This document shows, in pieces, positions 11,775 to 22,989 of a DNA stretch of 64,000 nucleotides (positions are counted from its first letter, which is position 1; each line of letters opens with the position of its first letter). The position numbers were made by a program, and so were the translations under genes. A model generated the notes under the pieces. That model searched no databases. It had not been told where the DNA came from and worked only from the letters and a program-made list of their open reading frames with translations. Source of the stretch: Narcine bancroftii (lineage: Eukaryota); the NCBI RefSeq assembly GCF_036971445.1, contig NC_091477.1, forward strand, positions 17,856,001 through 17,920,000. The letters run 5' to 3'.

Positions 11775-11833
11775 TGACCACCAGTGGGGGAGATGTGGGG
11801 GTCGGGGGCATACAGCCCCCATTGAAAATGACT
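11775..11833 (-). mobile_element. hAT-Charlie-like terminal fragment
   Basis: Reverse complement begins CAGTCATTTTCAATGGGGGC. Only one end is seen. Confidence 0.4.
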
Positions 11834-14109
11834 GCCCCAGAGGAATAGCATGAAGGAAAGCATCAGACAAATAAAAATAACTGTTCAAAAGAAGCAAAGA
11901 ATTCTTAAAGAGCAGCTCATTAAGAATGTCATATAATTCTGAATATATGAGTGATTGATCATAGAGTTTTGTTGATATTGACACTGATATGTCTGCCTCA
12001 ATCATGTTGCCTTTCATGTTCCTTTCCAACACTTTTTCTTCTGCCTTAAGGGAGCAGAAAATAACCTTTTTAGTTTTTTGTGGGGAATTTAACCTCATAA
12101 CTTATATGGAGTCAACTCAGTGCCAATGAAGGTTCATTCTCTTTCAGAATCAGTATTGCAACAAATGATCCCTTCAGACCTGCAAGCGTGCACAATTGTT
12201 CATTTCTGATTTTCTGCGAGTGAACAGCTCCATCTTCATTGGCCATTTACTTAATCTCTGCAGGTGGTTTCCTAATCTGAATCTAGTCATGTAAAGCTGT
12301 CTTTAGTAGACTCGGTGCAGATGGACGCCTGCTGCAAAGGAAACCACGCAGTGCCATTTGAAATTATGAAGAGGAAATCAGCCCAACTGGCTGTCATCAG
12401 ACCACGGATTCTCAGCTGTAATTTAGGCAGCTGGTGCTGATCACATGCTGCATCAACTTCCACTGATATGTGATAGTAATTATGCCTATTTTTATCTCAC
12501 ATTAATAGCAACTGAAGTGGGTAACCGTCTGTTAGTGTTTCTTACACAGAGATTGTGTACCAAGCAGCCTTTGCCATCAGCATATCTTGAAAAATTCAAG
12601 TCAAGTTTTGAGGACCATTTCATTGTAAACTTTTTTTCCCCCTTTATGGTTTATATAATAAGTGCATTGCATGTAATTTGATGTTGAGAAACATGCAATC
12701 TGTAAAGTCCTGGCGAACAGTGAGTGGCATGTTTTACCTTGCACTGTCCATGTAAATCAATAGATCCTGAAGAGAAACTGAACCGTTTGGGTACAGTAGC
12801 CCTTCCAGGTATACCCCAGGAGTTGATAATGAAATATTCTCACCTGAAACTCTGCCAGCGTAAGCAGATATTTTTTTGTTGCGTGACTATAATAATTGAT
12901 GTAAAAGACCTTTAAAAAGCAAAACACAAAGTTACTATACACTCAACAGGTTGCACAGCATCTGTTGGAAGTAAAGGGGACCTGCTGAGTTTCTCTAGCA
13001 CTTTATTGAATTGTACTACAATCCCACCAATTGTAGACTTTCCTGTTTAATGACAAAAAGCAAAAAGCTACTTATGCTTTGGATAGAACCAGATAACACC
13101 TCTGAAGAAGTAAAGATGGGATTACTGTTTCTGGTTGCTAACCTTCAAATCAACTTCAGAAGTAAATTTCAGATCATCATTAAAGCACATATTCAGGAGT
13201 TGTCACAGAGTGTGTCTGAGCAGTACAGGGTTTATCAGAGTATGGCTATTTGTCACTTGGTGTGCATTGGTAGTTGCTGTTAAAGAATTTTCATAAATTT
13301 TTTAAGTCTTCTAAAATAAAATGCCAGTATGATTGAACATACCTCACCTTGATACATGTAAAGTAAGGTATGTGAATATGTGACATGGTTTAAAATATCT
13401 CCAACAGATGTCAGGCCAGTGATTCTGACAAATTTTCTAAAACCTCACCTAGTAAACCTCTGGTTACTTTTGCAATAAATAGCTGGTTTCCTTGTATGAC
13501 TTCAAATTGTATTATTTGGTATACCTGGAGATAATAAAATGTAAGTCAGTATAACCACCCAAATAGGGCAAAATGTTGTAATTGGTCTTGATCCGTGGAA
13601 ATGACTCTGTCTGCACCAAGGAGTTCCCAAAGAAAGAGGAGAGTTGGCAGTGAGAGCCACATTCCTATCTGATGTGTGATATAGGATATATGAGATGAGA
13701 GTTTATTGCCATGTACTGATGCATTGAAATTCTTACTTGACACACCAGCACAATAGTACAGTTAAATTATCTGTCTCACAATGCATTGTGGTAAGGGATT
13801 ATAAATATAAAAGGATAGATTTGAAACAGAGTACGGACGTCAGAAATTGGTGAAGTGTTGGGAGTTATGCTTTCTTTCAGGGTCATTTCAATTGAAGCAA
13901 AGAACGAACCTTGGCAATTGGATGGAGTCTACAGATAAAGTCTGCAGTAAATAAGAAGGGGAGTTCAATTGGAACAGCCAGTGTGTGAGTGGCCCAGTAT
14001 AGGAGTGGTGAGTTAGAGACTTTGGCTCAAGAAGCTTCAGCGAAAAGAGGCTGAGGATGTACTACAATTAAGGTTAAGTAGTATCTGTACCTAATAACCC
14101 AGACAAAGA

Positions 14110-14295
14110 CAAATTTAAAGGATGACTTATACTGGACCCACACATCTTCTCAATAGTCAGGAAGGTGCAGAAGCTCCTACATTTCCTAAAGATGTTGAGG
14201 AGAGCAAGGCTACTGGATACAATCCTAATGACATTCTACAGCAGCACAATGGAGAATATCCTGGCTGGCTGCACTATAGTGTGGTATGGTAGTTA
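14110..14295 (+). mobile_element. Rex-Babar-like LINE fragment
   Basis: Encodes DDLYWT..., FYSSTMENILAGCTIVWYG. Confidence 0.7.
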
Positions 14296-15251
14296 ATGTA
14301 AACACTGTGTCACAGGATTGCGAGGAGGGATAGGGAAAAATTGCAAATGGAAGATTAAGGATTTAACTTGGTATACTTTGGAAACAGAATTGAAAAAAGT
14401 ACTAAATACAGCACTGAATGTCTTGTATTTAAATGCCTGCAGTACAAGAAATAAGGTTGATGATCTTGTAGCGCAGCTGGAAGTTGGCAGGTATGACATT
14501 GTGCCATCACTGAGTCGTGGCTGAAAGAAGATCACAGCTGGAAACTAAATATCTATGGATACACAGTGTCTTGAAAGGGCAGGAAGGTAGGCAGAGGTGG
14601 TTCTGCTGGTTAAAAATAGAATTAAATCTTTGGAGAGTGATAGTGGGTCAGAAGTAGAGAATCCATGTGGGTAGAATTAAGAACCTGATGGGAGTTGTAT
14701 ACAGGCATCCAATCAGGATATGGCATGAAGAAGGACACAGAGAAGGCATGGATAAATGCCAATGCTACAACAGTCATGGGGGATTTCAATAAGCAGGTTG
14801 ATTGGGAAAATCAGGTTGGTGCTGTTCTCAAAAGGAGTAATTTATAGAATGGATTCAGGATGGCTTCTTAGAACAGTTTGTGGCTGAGCCAAACTGGGAA
14901 ATGGCAATTCTGGATTGGGTATTGTTTAAGGGAGCTGAAAATAAGGGAACTCTATGAAAGCAGTGATCATCATATAATATAGTTCATCCTGCAGTTTGAA
15001 AGGGAGAAACTGAAATCAGCTGTGGCAGTATATCAGTGGACTAATAGGGAGTTCAGAGGTATGAATGGGGAACTGGCTAAAGTAGATCGGAAAGCCACAC
15101 TAGCAGGGAGGACGGCATAGCAGCAGTGGCTCAAGTTTCTGTGAGAAATAAGGAAGTTGCAGGACAGCTATATTCTGAAGAAATAGTTGAATGGAAAAAA
15201 ATGATGCAACCATGGCCGACGAGAAGTCAAAGCTAAAGTAAAGGCAAAAGA

Positions 15252-15715
15252 ATTGGCGGTAAAACCCAAAAGTCTGCAGACACCGTGGTTGAAGTAAAAG
15301 CACAAGGCTGGATAAACTCAGCAGGTCAAACAGTATCCTTTATTTAGCAAAAATAAAGAACCAACTTTTGAGGCTTGAGGCTTTTATCAAAGTATGAAAA
15401 AATGTTGGCAGGTGCCAGAACAAAATGGTGGGGGGGGGGTGAGGAGCATGGACCCAAAGGCAGGAGGTAATAGGTGGATAACGGAGGCAGGGGATAGCAG
15501 CAACCAGTGGGAGGATGGATAGCTCTGTGAATAGAAAGGGTAGAGGTGGAGATTTAAGGTGATGAAGACAAAGGGAAAAGAGAAGGGAGGGAGAATGAAG
15601 AGTAGGTAATCAGAAACCAGACATCGATGTTCATGCCATCCAGTTGGAAAGTTCCCAGGCAGAAAATCAAGTGATGCTCCTCCAATTTACAGGTGGTCTT
15701 GGTGGGATAGAACAT
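15252..15715 (-). mobile_element. Penelope-like element 3' part, nested in CR1
   Basis: Minus-strand KLEEHHLIFCLGTFQLDGMNID (Penelope ORF C-terminus), a pyrimidine tract and a terminal repeat ending TCTGCAGACTTT. Confidence 0.8.
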
Positions 15716-16463
15716 GAAAAGAAAAAAAAAAGCATACAAGGAAGCAAAAATTAGTGGGAAGATAAAAGAACTGGGAAAGTTTTAAAAGCTTACAGAGGTC
15801 ATTTGGAAGGAAAAGATGAAGTTTGAAAGGAAGCTGGCAAATAATATCAAAAAGGGTACTGGAAGTGTTTTTTTTTTAAAGTATATTAAGGGTGAAAAAG
15901 AGGCAAGAGTAGATGTTAGACCAATAGAAAATGATGCTGGAGAAATTCTAATGGGAGAAAAGGAGATGGCAGAGGAATTGAATGAGTATTTTGCATCAAT
16001 CCAGAAGACATTAGCAGTATATATGACTTTCAAGGGTGTCAGGAGAGGGAGGTGAGTGCAGTCACAATTACCAGATAGAAGTTGATTGGGTTGTTGAATA
16101 GACTAAAGGTAGATTTATCTCCTGGAGAAAATAGAATGTATATTTGGGTTTTGAAAGATGAGCTATAGGGATTGTGGAAACATTAGGAATGATCTTCCAA
16201 GAATCAATAGTTTCTGGTATGGTTCCAGAGAACTGGAACATTGTGAAGATCACTCCTCTATTTAAAAAGGGAGGAGACAGCAGAAAGTAAATTATAAACC
16301 TCTTAGCCTAACATCAGTATTTATGATGTTATTAGATTCAATTGTCAAGAATGAGTTTATGAAGATTCATGACCAGATAGACTAAAGTCAGCATAGTCTT
16401 CATGATGGAAAATCATACCTGTCAAACCTGTATTTTTTGGAGGAAACCACAAGCAGACTAGAC

Positions 16464-16613
16464 CAGTGTTTCTCAAACTTTTTTTCCCCACTCACATGCC
16501 ACCTTAAGGAATTCCTTACTAACCACAGAGCACCAATGGCATAAGTGATCTGTGGTTAGTAAGGGATTACTTAAAGTGAAATATGAGCAGACAAACCAAG
16601 TTGAGAACCATTG
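16464..16613. mobile_element. hAT-Charlie MITE, palindromic, 150 bp
   Basis: TIRs CAGTGTTTCTCAA / TTGAGAACCATTG. 8-bp TSD GACTAGAC / GGCTAGAC. Long internal inverted repeat. Confidence 0.9.
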
Positions 16614-16721
16614 GGCTAGACAAAGGAAATGAAGTGGATGTTGTATATTTGTATTTTCAAAAGGCCTTTGACAAGGTAGCGCTCTGGAGAGAGCTTAGCA
16701 AGATGAGAGCCATGGAATTAC

Positions 16722-17072
16722 TAAATAGTTTCAGTGCAAAATGAATTGAGCTACATTTGTACCAATCTTGAGGTATTGTTTAGATATTAGGATCATCTAC
16801 ATTTGAGTACAATCTCCTTTGCCAATATCTTGCAGTATGAAATCCCAGGATATACTGAATAGTTGCTCATGCAATTATAATGCAGATTTCACAATTCTAA
16901 CTAACAAAATATGAATGCTAGAATTGCTCTTTAACAAGCTTAAATCTATTTCAAACACAGTAATGAGACAGTTTTGTGTTTCAACTTTAAGATTTCTGGG
17001 GCTATGAAGCCATCAGGCAATTTAACGATACAGTTACTAACCTCTCCCTTGGGCAGGATTTGAGTAAGGCTT
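16722..17072 (+). repeat. Dispersed duplicate of about 22613-22989, inserted in CR1 with a 13-bp target duplication
   Basis: Collinear similarity over the whole length. GCCATGGAATTAC at 16709-16721 and 17073-17085. Confidence 0.9.
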
Positions 17073-17989
17073 GCCATGGAATTACCAGAAAGATACTAGC
17101 ATGGTTAGAGCATTGGCTGATAGGCAAGAAACAAGAGTGGGAATTATGGATCTTATTCTGGTTGGCTATGAGTTCTCAGTAGTGTTAGGCAGGGGTTGGT
17201 GTTCTTTTTACATTTTAAGTTAACGATCTGGATTGAGTAATAAATGGCTTTGTGGCTAAGTTTGTAGATGAGACAAAGATGGGTGGAGGGCCAGGTAGTG
17301 GGGGAAACTGAAAGGCTGCAGGCTTACTTAGGAGAATGGACAAAGAAGTACAATGTTGGAATGTGCATGGTCATGCATTTAGGTAGAAGGAATAAAATGG
17401 CAGTTTATTGTTTGGATGGAGAGAAAATTCAAAGGGACTTGGGAGTCCTTGTGCAGGATACCTGAAAGATTAACTTCCAGGTTGAGCCAATAGTGAAGAA
17501 TATGAATGCAATGTTAGCATTCATATCTAGAGGAATATAAGATCAGGATGTAATGTTGAGGCTTTGTAAAGCAATGGTGAGACTTCACTTGGAGTACAAG
17601 GTATTGCTTGGGCTCCTTATTTAAGAAAAGGTGTGCATATTTTGGAAAGATTTCAAGGAAGATACACCAAAATGATTCCTAGAATGAAGGGATTAACATA
17701 GGAGGAAGATTTGACAGCTCTTGGGACTGTACCCCATGGACTACATAAGCCCATTCTGAATGTTGTAAGGCCTGGACAGAGTAGATGTGGCAAAGTTCTT
17801 TCCCATGGAAGGGGAATCTAGGATAAGAAAGCACAACCTCAGGATGGAAGGGTGCCAGTTTTTTTTTGTAGTCTAATTATTCACACTTGTAGTTAGTGCA
17901 AGATAAAATGTATATCAGTAGTGCAAACAGATCTTTTGATGTTCATGGAGTAGTTTATAGTTAGGGTTCAAGGAGTTTTTGGGAGATTG

Positions 17990-18945
17990 ATAAATTGGAG
18001 AGCCTGATAGTTGTTGGGGGTGGGGGAGAGAGGGAAAATTAAAGGTTAGTTTAAATCTTAATGATGCTGAACTTCAGGCCTTTGTAGAACATGCTTGAAT
18101 GTAGTAGCGAGAATAAAATTTGACCGGAATGTTGGGGATATTTTATGATGTTGGCTACCTTCTTGAAGCAGTGCTTCATGTAGATAGATGCCTTTAGTGG
18201 ATAACAGGTCAATGCTTGAGATGGATTTGGCTAGATTTTATACTTCCTACAGCTCTTTGTTTTCTTGGGTACTCGAAGTTCAAAACTAGGTCTTGTGGCA
18301 ACCAAGCAGCATATTTATGATGTTACACCTACGGAAGTTCGGTAGAGTATTTGGTGACATTCTGGTTTTCTTCAGACTTCTTGCAAAGTGGATGTTGGTC
18401 CTTCTTCTTTACAGTTGGCTCAATGTGCTGGGTCCAGTAGAGGACCTCTGTAATGTGCACCCAAGGTCGTCACCACCTCCACTGCCTTCCTGCCAAAGAA
18501 GGCAGATGTTCGATCCCTCAGCCGTTGGTTTAACCAATATTCCCTGCAAGTCAAGTCGAGTCAAGTTTATCATCATCCAATGGCACAAGTACAACCCTTG
18601 ATTTAAAACACACAGATAAACAACCAAACTTAACAGGGATACAAACAAAAAATGCATATGCAGAACAAGTATTCATATGCACAAATAAATAAATAAATAT
18701 TGTTCATGAATATGAGAGACTCCGATGTTCAGTGTGATCAGTTCCTTTGGTTGTTCAGCGTTCTCACTGCCCATAGGAAGAAGCTGTTTGAGCTGGATCT
18801 GGTGATGCAGTCGTGTGCTAGTAGCATGAATAGGACTGGGCTAAGCACATAGTCTTGAGTTGTAACAGTGCTTGACGTTATGCTACCAAACCGGATAGAC
18901 TGTGTTCTTCCATTAGGAAGTTCAGAATCCAGTTACAAAGAGGGG
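17990..18945 (-). mobile_element. Degenerate Rex-Babar-like LINE fragments, with a second 3' tail nested at about 18548-18790
   Basis: Similar to 2703-3600. (AAGTC)n-TTTAT tail at 18548. Confidence 0.6.
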
Positions 18946-19299
18946 TATTTTTGTTGACAAGTTTATTTGCTTACAAATTAAATAATTTATCATGTACTAA
19001 CCTATGATAAACATTTTCTTATCTTTGATCATGTAACTTGATTTGCTACCCTTTTCACTATAGGTATGCCAGCCAAGCATATACTTGAGATCACATTGCT
19101 GGATGAACTCTTGTTAAGAGCCAAACACAAAACTGATTTTACAAAAGGCAAACCAGAACTTCTTTTGGGTCCTTTGCAAATACAAGACCATTCAGCTCAG
19201 ATAATTTTCAGTTCATAAAGTGATACCAACAGGCTTATTAATGCTAGAAAGTCTCTCAAGGGTATTCTAAGATTTGAGTTTTTTATGATGTTTGACTTT

Positions 19300-19630
19300 C
19301 CAGAACAGGATTGAGTGAGCACACTTTGTCACAGGTGTCTGCTTTCAGATAAGTCATTAAACCAAAAATATGTCCAACTGTTCCAGTGAACGAACAACCC
19401 CTGGTAATATTGGAAGAATGAGCAGAAATGATTTGTATTTGCCGACATTCTCTTCCTAATCAATACCATCACAAAATGATCAAATGGCCATTTGTCTTAC
19501 TGTTAAATGTTACTGATCCTACTGAATACATTCCTGCTGTTGCCCTTCAGAAGAAAATCATTACACAACACTTCCAAGATATTTTAATGTTGTACATGCA
19601 GGTAATATGAAACTTTATGTTAGAACAAAG
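19300..19630 (+). mobile_element. Degenerate Deu-domain SINE
   Basis: CTTTCAGATAAGTCATTAAACC...GAAGAATGAGCAG...GATCAAATGGCCATT follows the Deu-domain motif order. Confidence 0.45.
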
Positions 19631-19667
19631 TGTATCAAGTTTGCCTTCTTGTATATTAAAAATGAGA

Positions 19668-19995
19668 GTGGTGAAGTGGCATAGCTATCAGAGCTCTGTT
19701 GCTAACCCAAGTTCAATACTGACCTCTGGTGCAGGAACTGTGTCGCCGCAAACCTGAACTTTGCAGAGTTAGCACGTTCTCCTTGTGACTCCTTGTGGCT
19801 TTCCTCCGAGTGCTCTAATTTCTCAAAGACATACAGTTTGGTGACTTGCCCTAATGTGGAGGTGAGTGGTAAAGTTGGGGAAGAAAGGGATATCAAAAGA
19901 TGAAAGTGAGTTCAGTGTAAGATTGGTGTAAATGAATGTTTGTTGGTCCTCGTGACTCAATGAGCTGAAGGGACTGTTTCAGAACTCTGTGACTC
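19668..19995 (+). mobile_element. Old V-SINE
   Basis: B-box-like GTTCAATAC, V-domain CACGTTCTCCTTGTGACT..GTGGCTTTCCTCCGAGTGCTC, CR1-like tail GCTGAAGGGACTGTTTC. Confidence 0.75.
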
Positions 19996-20486
19996 CGTGC
20001 CTTTTGATGGCATGGTTTCATTAATTTAGCTTGCATGGAAATTTACACCACTTTCCATCCATCATGCTAATTGATATAAAATTTTGTGAGAATCCTAGGT
20101 AACTTCACAGGAAAATTCAGAAAATGTCCATTTTTTTTCGGATCATTGTGCTTTGATACCCCTGACCAAAGAAATTGGTGTACGTTTATGATTCTTTTCA
20201 TTCAATGAATCCACTCATGAAATAACAACATTGATCTCAGAATGTAGTTCATCAGATTTATCAAATTAAATTAATTTGACCAATTTTATTGCCTGATAGG
20301 CTTTGTTTGTTAATTTTTTAACAATGGAATTTTCTTCCAGTTTCCATATTGTATCCATGATCAAGCATCAATGCCTTTTCTGGTGTTTACACGTGTGAAA
20401 CTGGTCAGTCTGCTGGGTGTCAGATCCCATGTTTAAACATGTATTCCTTCTATTGCCATTGATGTCAAGCAGCACAGTTGCACTTT

Positions 20487-20976
20487 CAGATTCAGATTTC
20501 ATATTTATTGTCAGAGTTCATGCATGATATTACATATAATTCTTTTTTCCTGTGGCAAGCAGGACTACTATCTATTAGTAGTACAAATAAATTGTACATA
20601 TGTAAACAAATAAAGAAATATAAACAAACTGTGCAGTACAAAGAGGAAAAACAATCAATGAAGTACAGAAGTAAGTGTCCTTAAATGAGTCACAGATTGA
20701 GTTTGTTGTTGAGGAGTCTGATGGTGGAGGGGTAGCAGCTGTTCCTGTACCGGGTTTTGCAAGTCTTGTGGCTCTGCACTTCTTTCCTGATGGTAGCAGT
20801 GAGAACAGAACATGTTGGGTGGTGTGGAAGATTGCTACTCCTCTCTGACAGCAGTGTTCCCTGTAGATATTCTCGATGGTAGGGAGGGTTTTGCCTGTGA
20901 TGTCCAGGGCTGTATCCAATAACTTTTGCAGGGCTATACACTCAAGGGTATTGGTGTCCCCATACCATACCGTGAT
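20487..20976 (-). mobile_element. Rex-Babar-like LINE 3' end
   Basis: ALDITGKTLPTIENIY, FSLLPSGK, RNSCYPSTIRLLN; (TCAGAT)n tail. Confidence 0.85.
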
Positions 20977-21224
20977 ACTTTAAACCCCAGTATAAATTAA
21001 GTTGGTTTGTTTTGGGTGAAAATCACTGAAATGATATGGTCAGAGCTCTGGACCTAGTTTACTGCTCACCAACTTTTGCAACATTGATTAAGCTGACCAT
21101 TGATAAACTTCCATGATTAAACAACCCCAGAAACTGCAGCCAACAGGGAGAATGTGAGTGAGGAAGCCAGCCTGAGGCAACGTTTGGACATGAATCATGC
21201 CTGTCTCAAGATTGTAAGGTTAAA

Positions 21225-21745
21225 AGAACATAAGAAATAGGAGCAGGAGAAGGCCGTCCATCCTGTTGAACCTGCTCTACCTTCAATGAGATCATGGCTG
21301 ATCTGATGATAGACCCATTTTCACCCACCTGTCTTTTCTCCCTATCTTAATTCTCTATGTAAAAATCTATCCAACCTGAGGTCAATTCCACTGCTTCAAT
21401 GAGCTGTGAATTCCACAGATTCACTATCCTCTGGGTAAAGCAGTTCCTCCTCATCCCTATCTAACATTTACTATCCTGAGTCTTTGCCCCAGAGTTCTGG
21501 TCTCCCCTACAAGCGGAGACAATTTACCGACCTCTTTTTTATCTATGCCTTTCAGAATTTTATGTTTCTATAAGATCCCCCCTCATTCTTCTAAATTCCA
21601 GCAAGTACCATCCCAGATGACAATCTCTCCTCATAGGATAACCCCTCCATCCCTGGAATCAACCTAGTGAACTGCCTCCAAAGCCGGTACATCCTTTCTC
21701 AGGTAAGGAGACCAGAGCTGCGCACAGTACTTCAGATGCAGTATT
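21225..21745 (-). mobile_element. CR1 LINE 3' fragment
   Basis: AGAACATAAGAAATAGGAGCAGG tail; GGAGACCAGAGCTGCGCACAGTAC encodes YCAQLWSP on the minus strand. Confidence 0.85.
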
Positions 21746-22612
21746 CTAGATGATTCAAGTACAACATCCTGTGGAAATTTTCAGGTACAGAGAAGATGAT
21801 GAATAGCTTAAACCACAGTCCTCGAGGGGACCACTGGCGACTGTATAAACAAAAGGCCTATAAAATACAGGGAGGAGGAGAGGTGGAGGCTTGCATGTGC
21901 TTAATCCGCACACAAATCAAATGGCCAGCTATCTGTTTACAACCTTTTCTTTTACTGTATCCTTGTGGATTTTCAGCCTGACATCCCACCCTGCACCAAT
22001 GCCATAACAGCAGGTGAAGCTGCCTGCTGGGTTTACCAAATTCTTGCTGGAATTATGCTGCAGGGTGATCCAACAGTAAACAGAAGGTAAAAATAAAAAA
22101 TACTCTTTGCACCTTAATACATTATTCCTTTGATAAATAAAACTTTCTCTGAGAAATAGCACATAGTAAATTGAACAAGGGTAGAAGACTGCATGCTAAG
22201 GAATGCAAGCGGTGAATCTTTTCTTCCTCAGGCCTTCCAGCATCAGGCCCCAAGTTACAAGTAATTATGCATTTTTTTTTCTTATCAATTATTATTGCAA
22301 AGTTTTCTTCCATAGCTTGGTACCAACAGCTCAGCTGTGCAAATCAGTTATGATTCTGATACGAAGAGATTTTGCTCTGGGTAGTCTAAGGATACTGCAG
22401 GCAATATTAATGGACAGTGACGCACTGACCTTATAAAAGCTGAGCCATTAGAGGGTGTCAAAATATTCTGCAGTCTAACTCCCATGGTGAGCATGTCAGA
22501 ATTGCAGTGCACAATATCTTGAGTTCTTGCCCATGCAAAATAATAAATTAAAAATTTTAATTAGTTTAGTGCAGCAAATTGCTTATAAACTCGCTTTCAA
22601 ATTCAGTTTTGT

Positions 22613-22989
22613 TAAATACAGTCCAAAATGAATTAAGAGCTACATTTGAAGTGTTTGCACCAATCTTGAAGTATTGTTTAGATATTAGGATCACCTTTTT
22701 TTGATTCCCATCTGGGAAATACAAACTACCTTTCCAATGATTTGCAGTGTGAAATCCCCGGATGTACTGTATACTTACTCGGGCTATTATAATGCAGACT
22801 TCATATTTCTAAGCTGATGAAATATGAATGTTGGAATTGTACTTTAACAAGTTTAAATCTGTTTCAGACATAGTAATGAAACAGTTCTATGCTTCAACTT
22901 CAAGGCTTTTGGGTTATTAAGCCATCAGGAAATTTAACGATTCTGTTACTAACATCTCCCTCCGGCAGGATTTGAGAAAGGCTTGCCAT
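22613..22989 (+). repeat. Probable donor copy of the segment duplicated at 16722-17072
   Basis: Shared blocks such as GTATTGTTTAGATATTAGGATCA, AAGCCATCAGG and GGCAGGATTTGAG..AGGCTTGCCAT. Confidence 0.9.

Larger units (their letters stand above)
14300..17856 (+). mobile_element. Long decayed CR1 LINE ORF2 (endonuclease and RT) with three nested insertions
   Basis: LNVLYLNACSTRNKVDDL (endonuclease start), MGDFN, EMAEELNEYFAS, VVYLYFQKAFDKV, KCMVMHLG-like and RDLGVLVQ motifs. A possible CR1 5'UTR lies at about 13930-14080. Confidence 0.9.

Noticed and set aside
12764-12859. Candidate 96-nt exon (AG...GTAAGC; DPEEKLNRLGTVALPGIPQELIMKYSHLKLCQ)
   Set aside because: Weak polypyrimidine tract and an unrecognised peptide; would need RNA-seq or TBLASTN support.
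19064-19218. Candidate terminal exon or 50-aa ORF (MPAKHILEITLLDELLLRAK...) after an acceptor-like site
   Set aside because: No recognisable homology or partner exons; the length is compatible with chance.
21977-22086. Candidate exon TTTTCAG...AG|GTAAAA
   Set aside because: The peptide is unrecognised and the donor site is weak.
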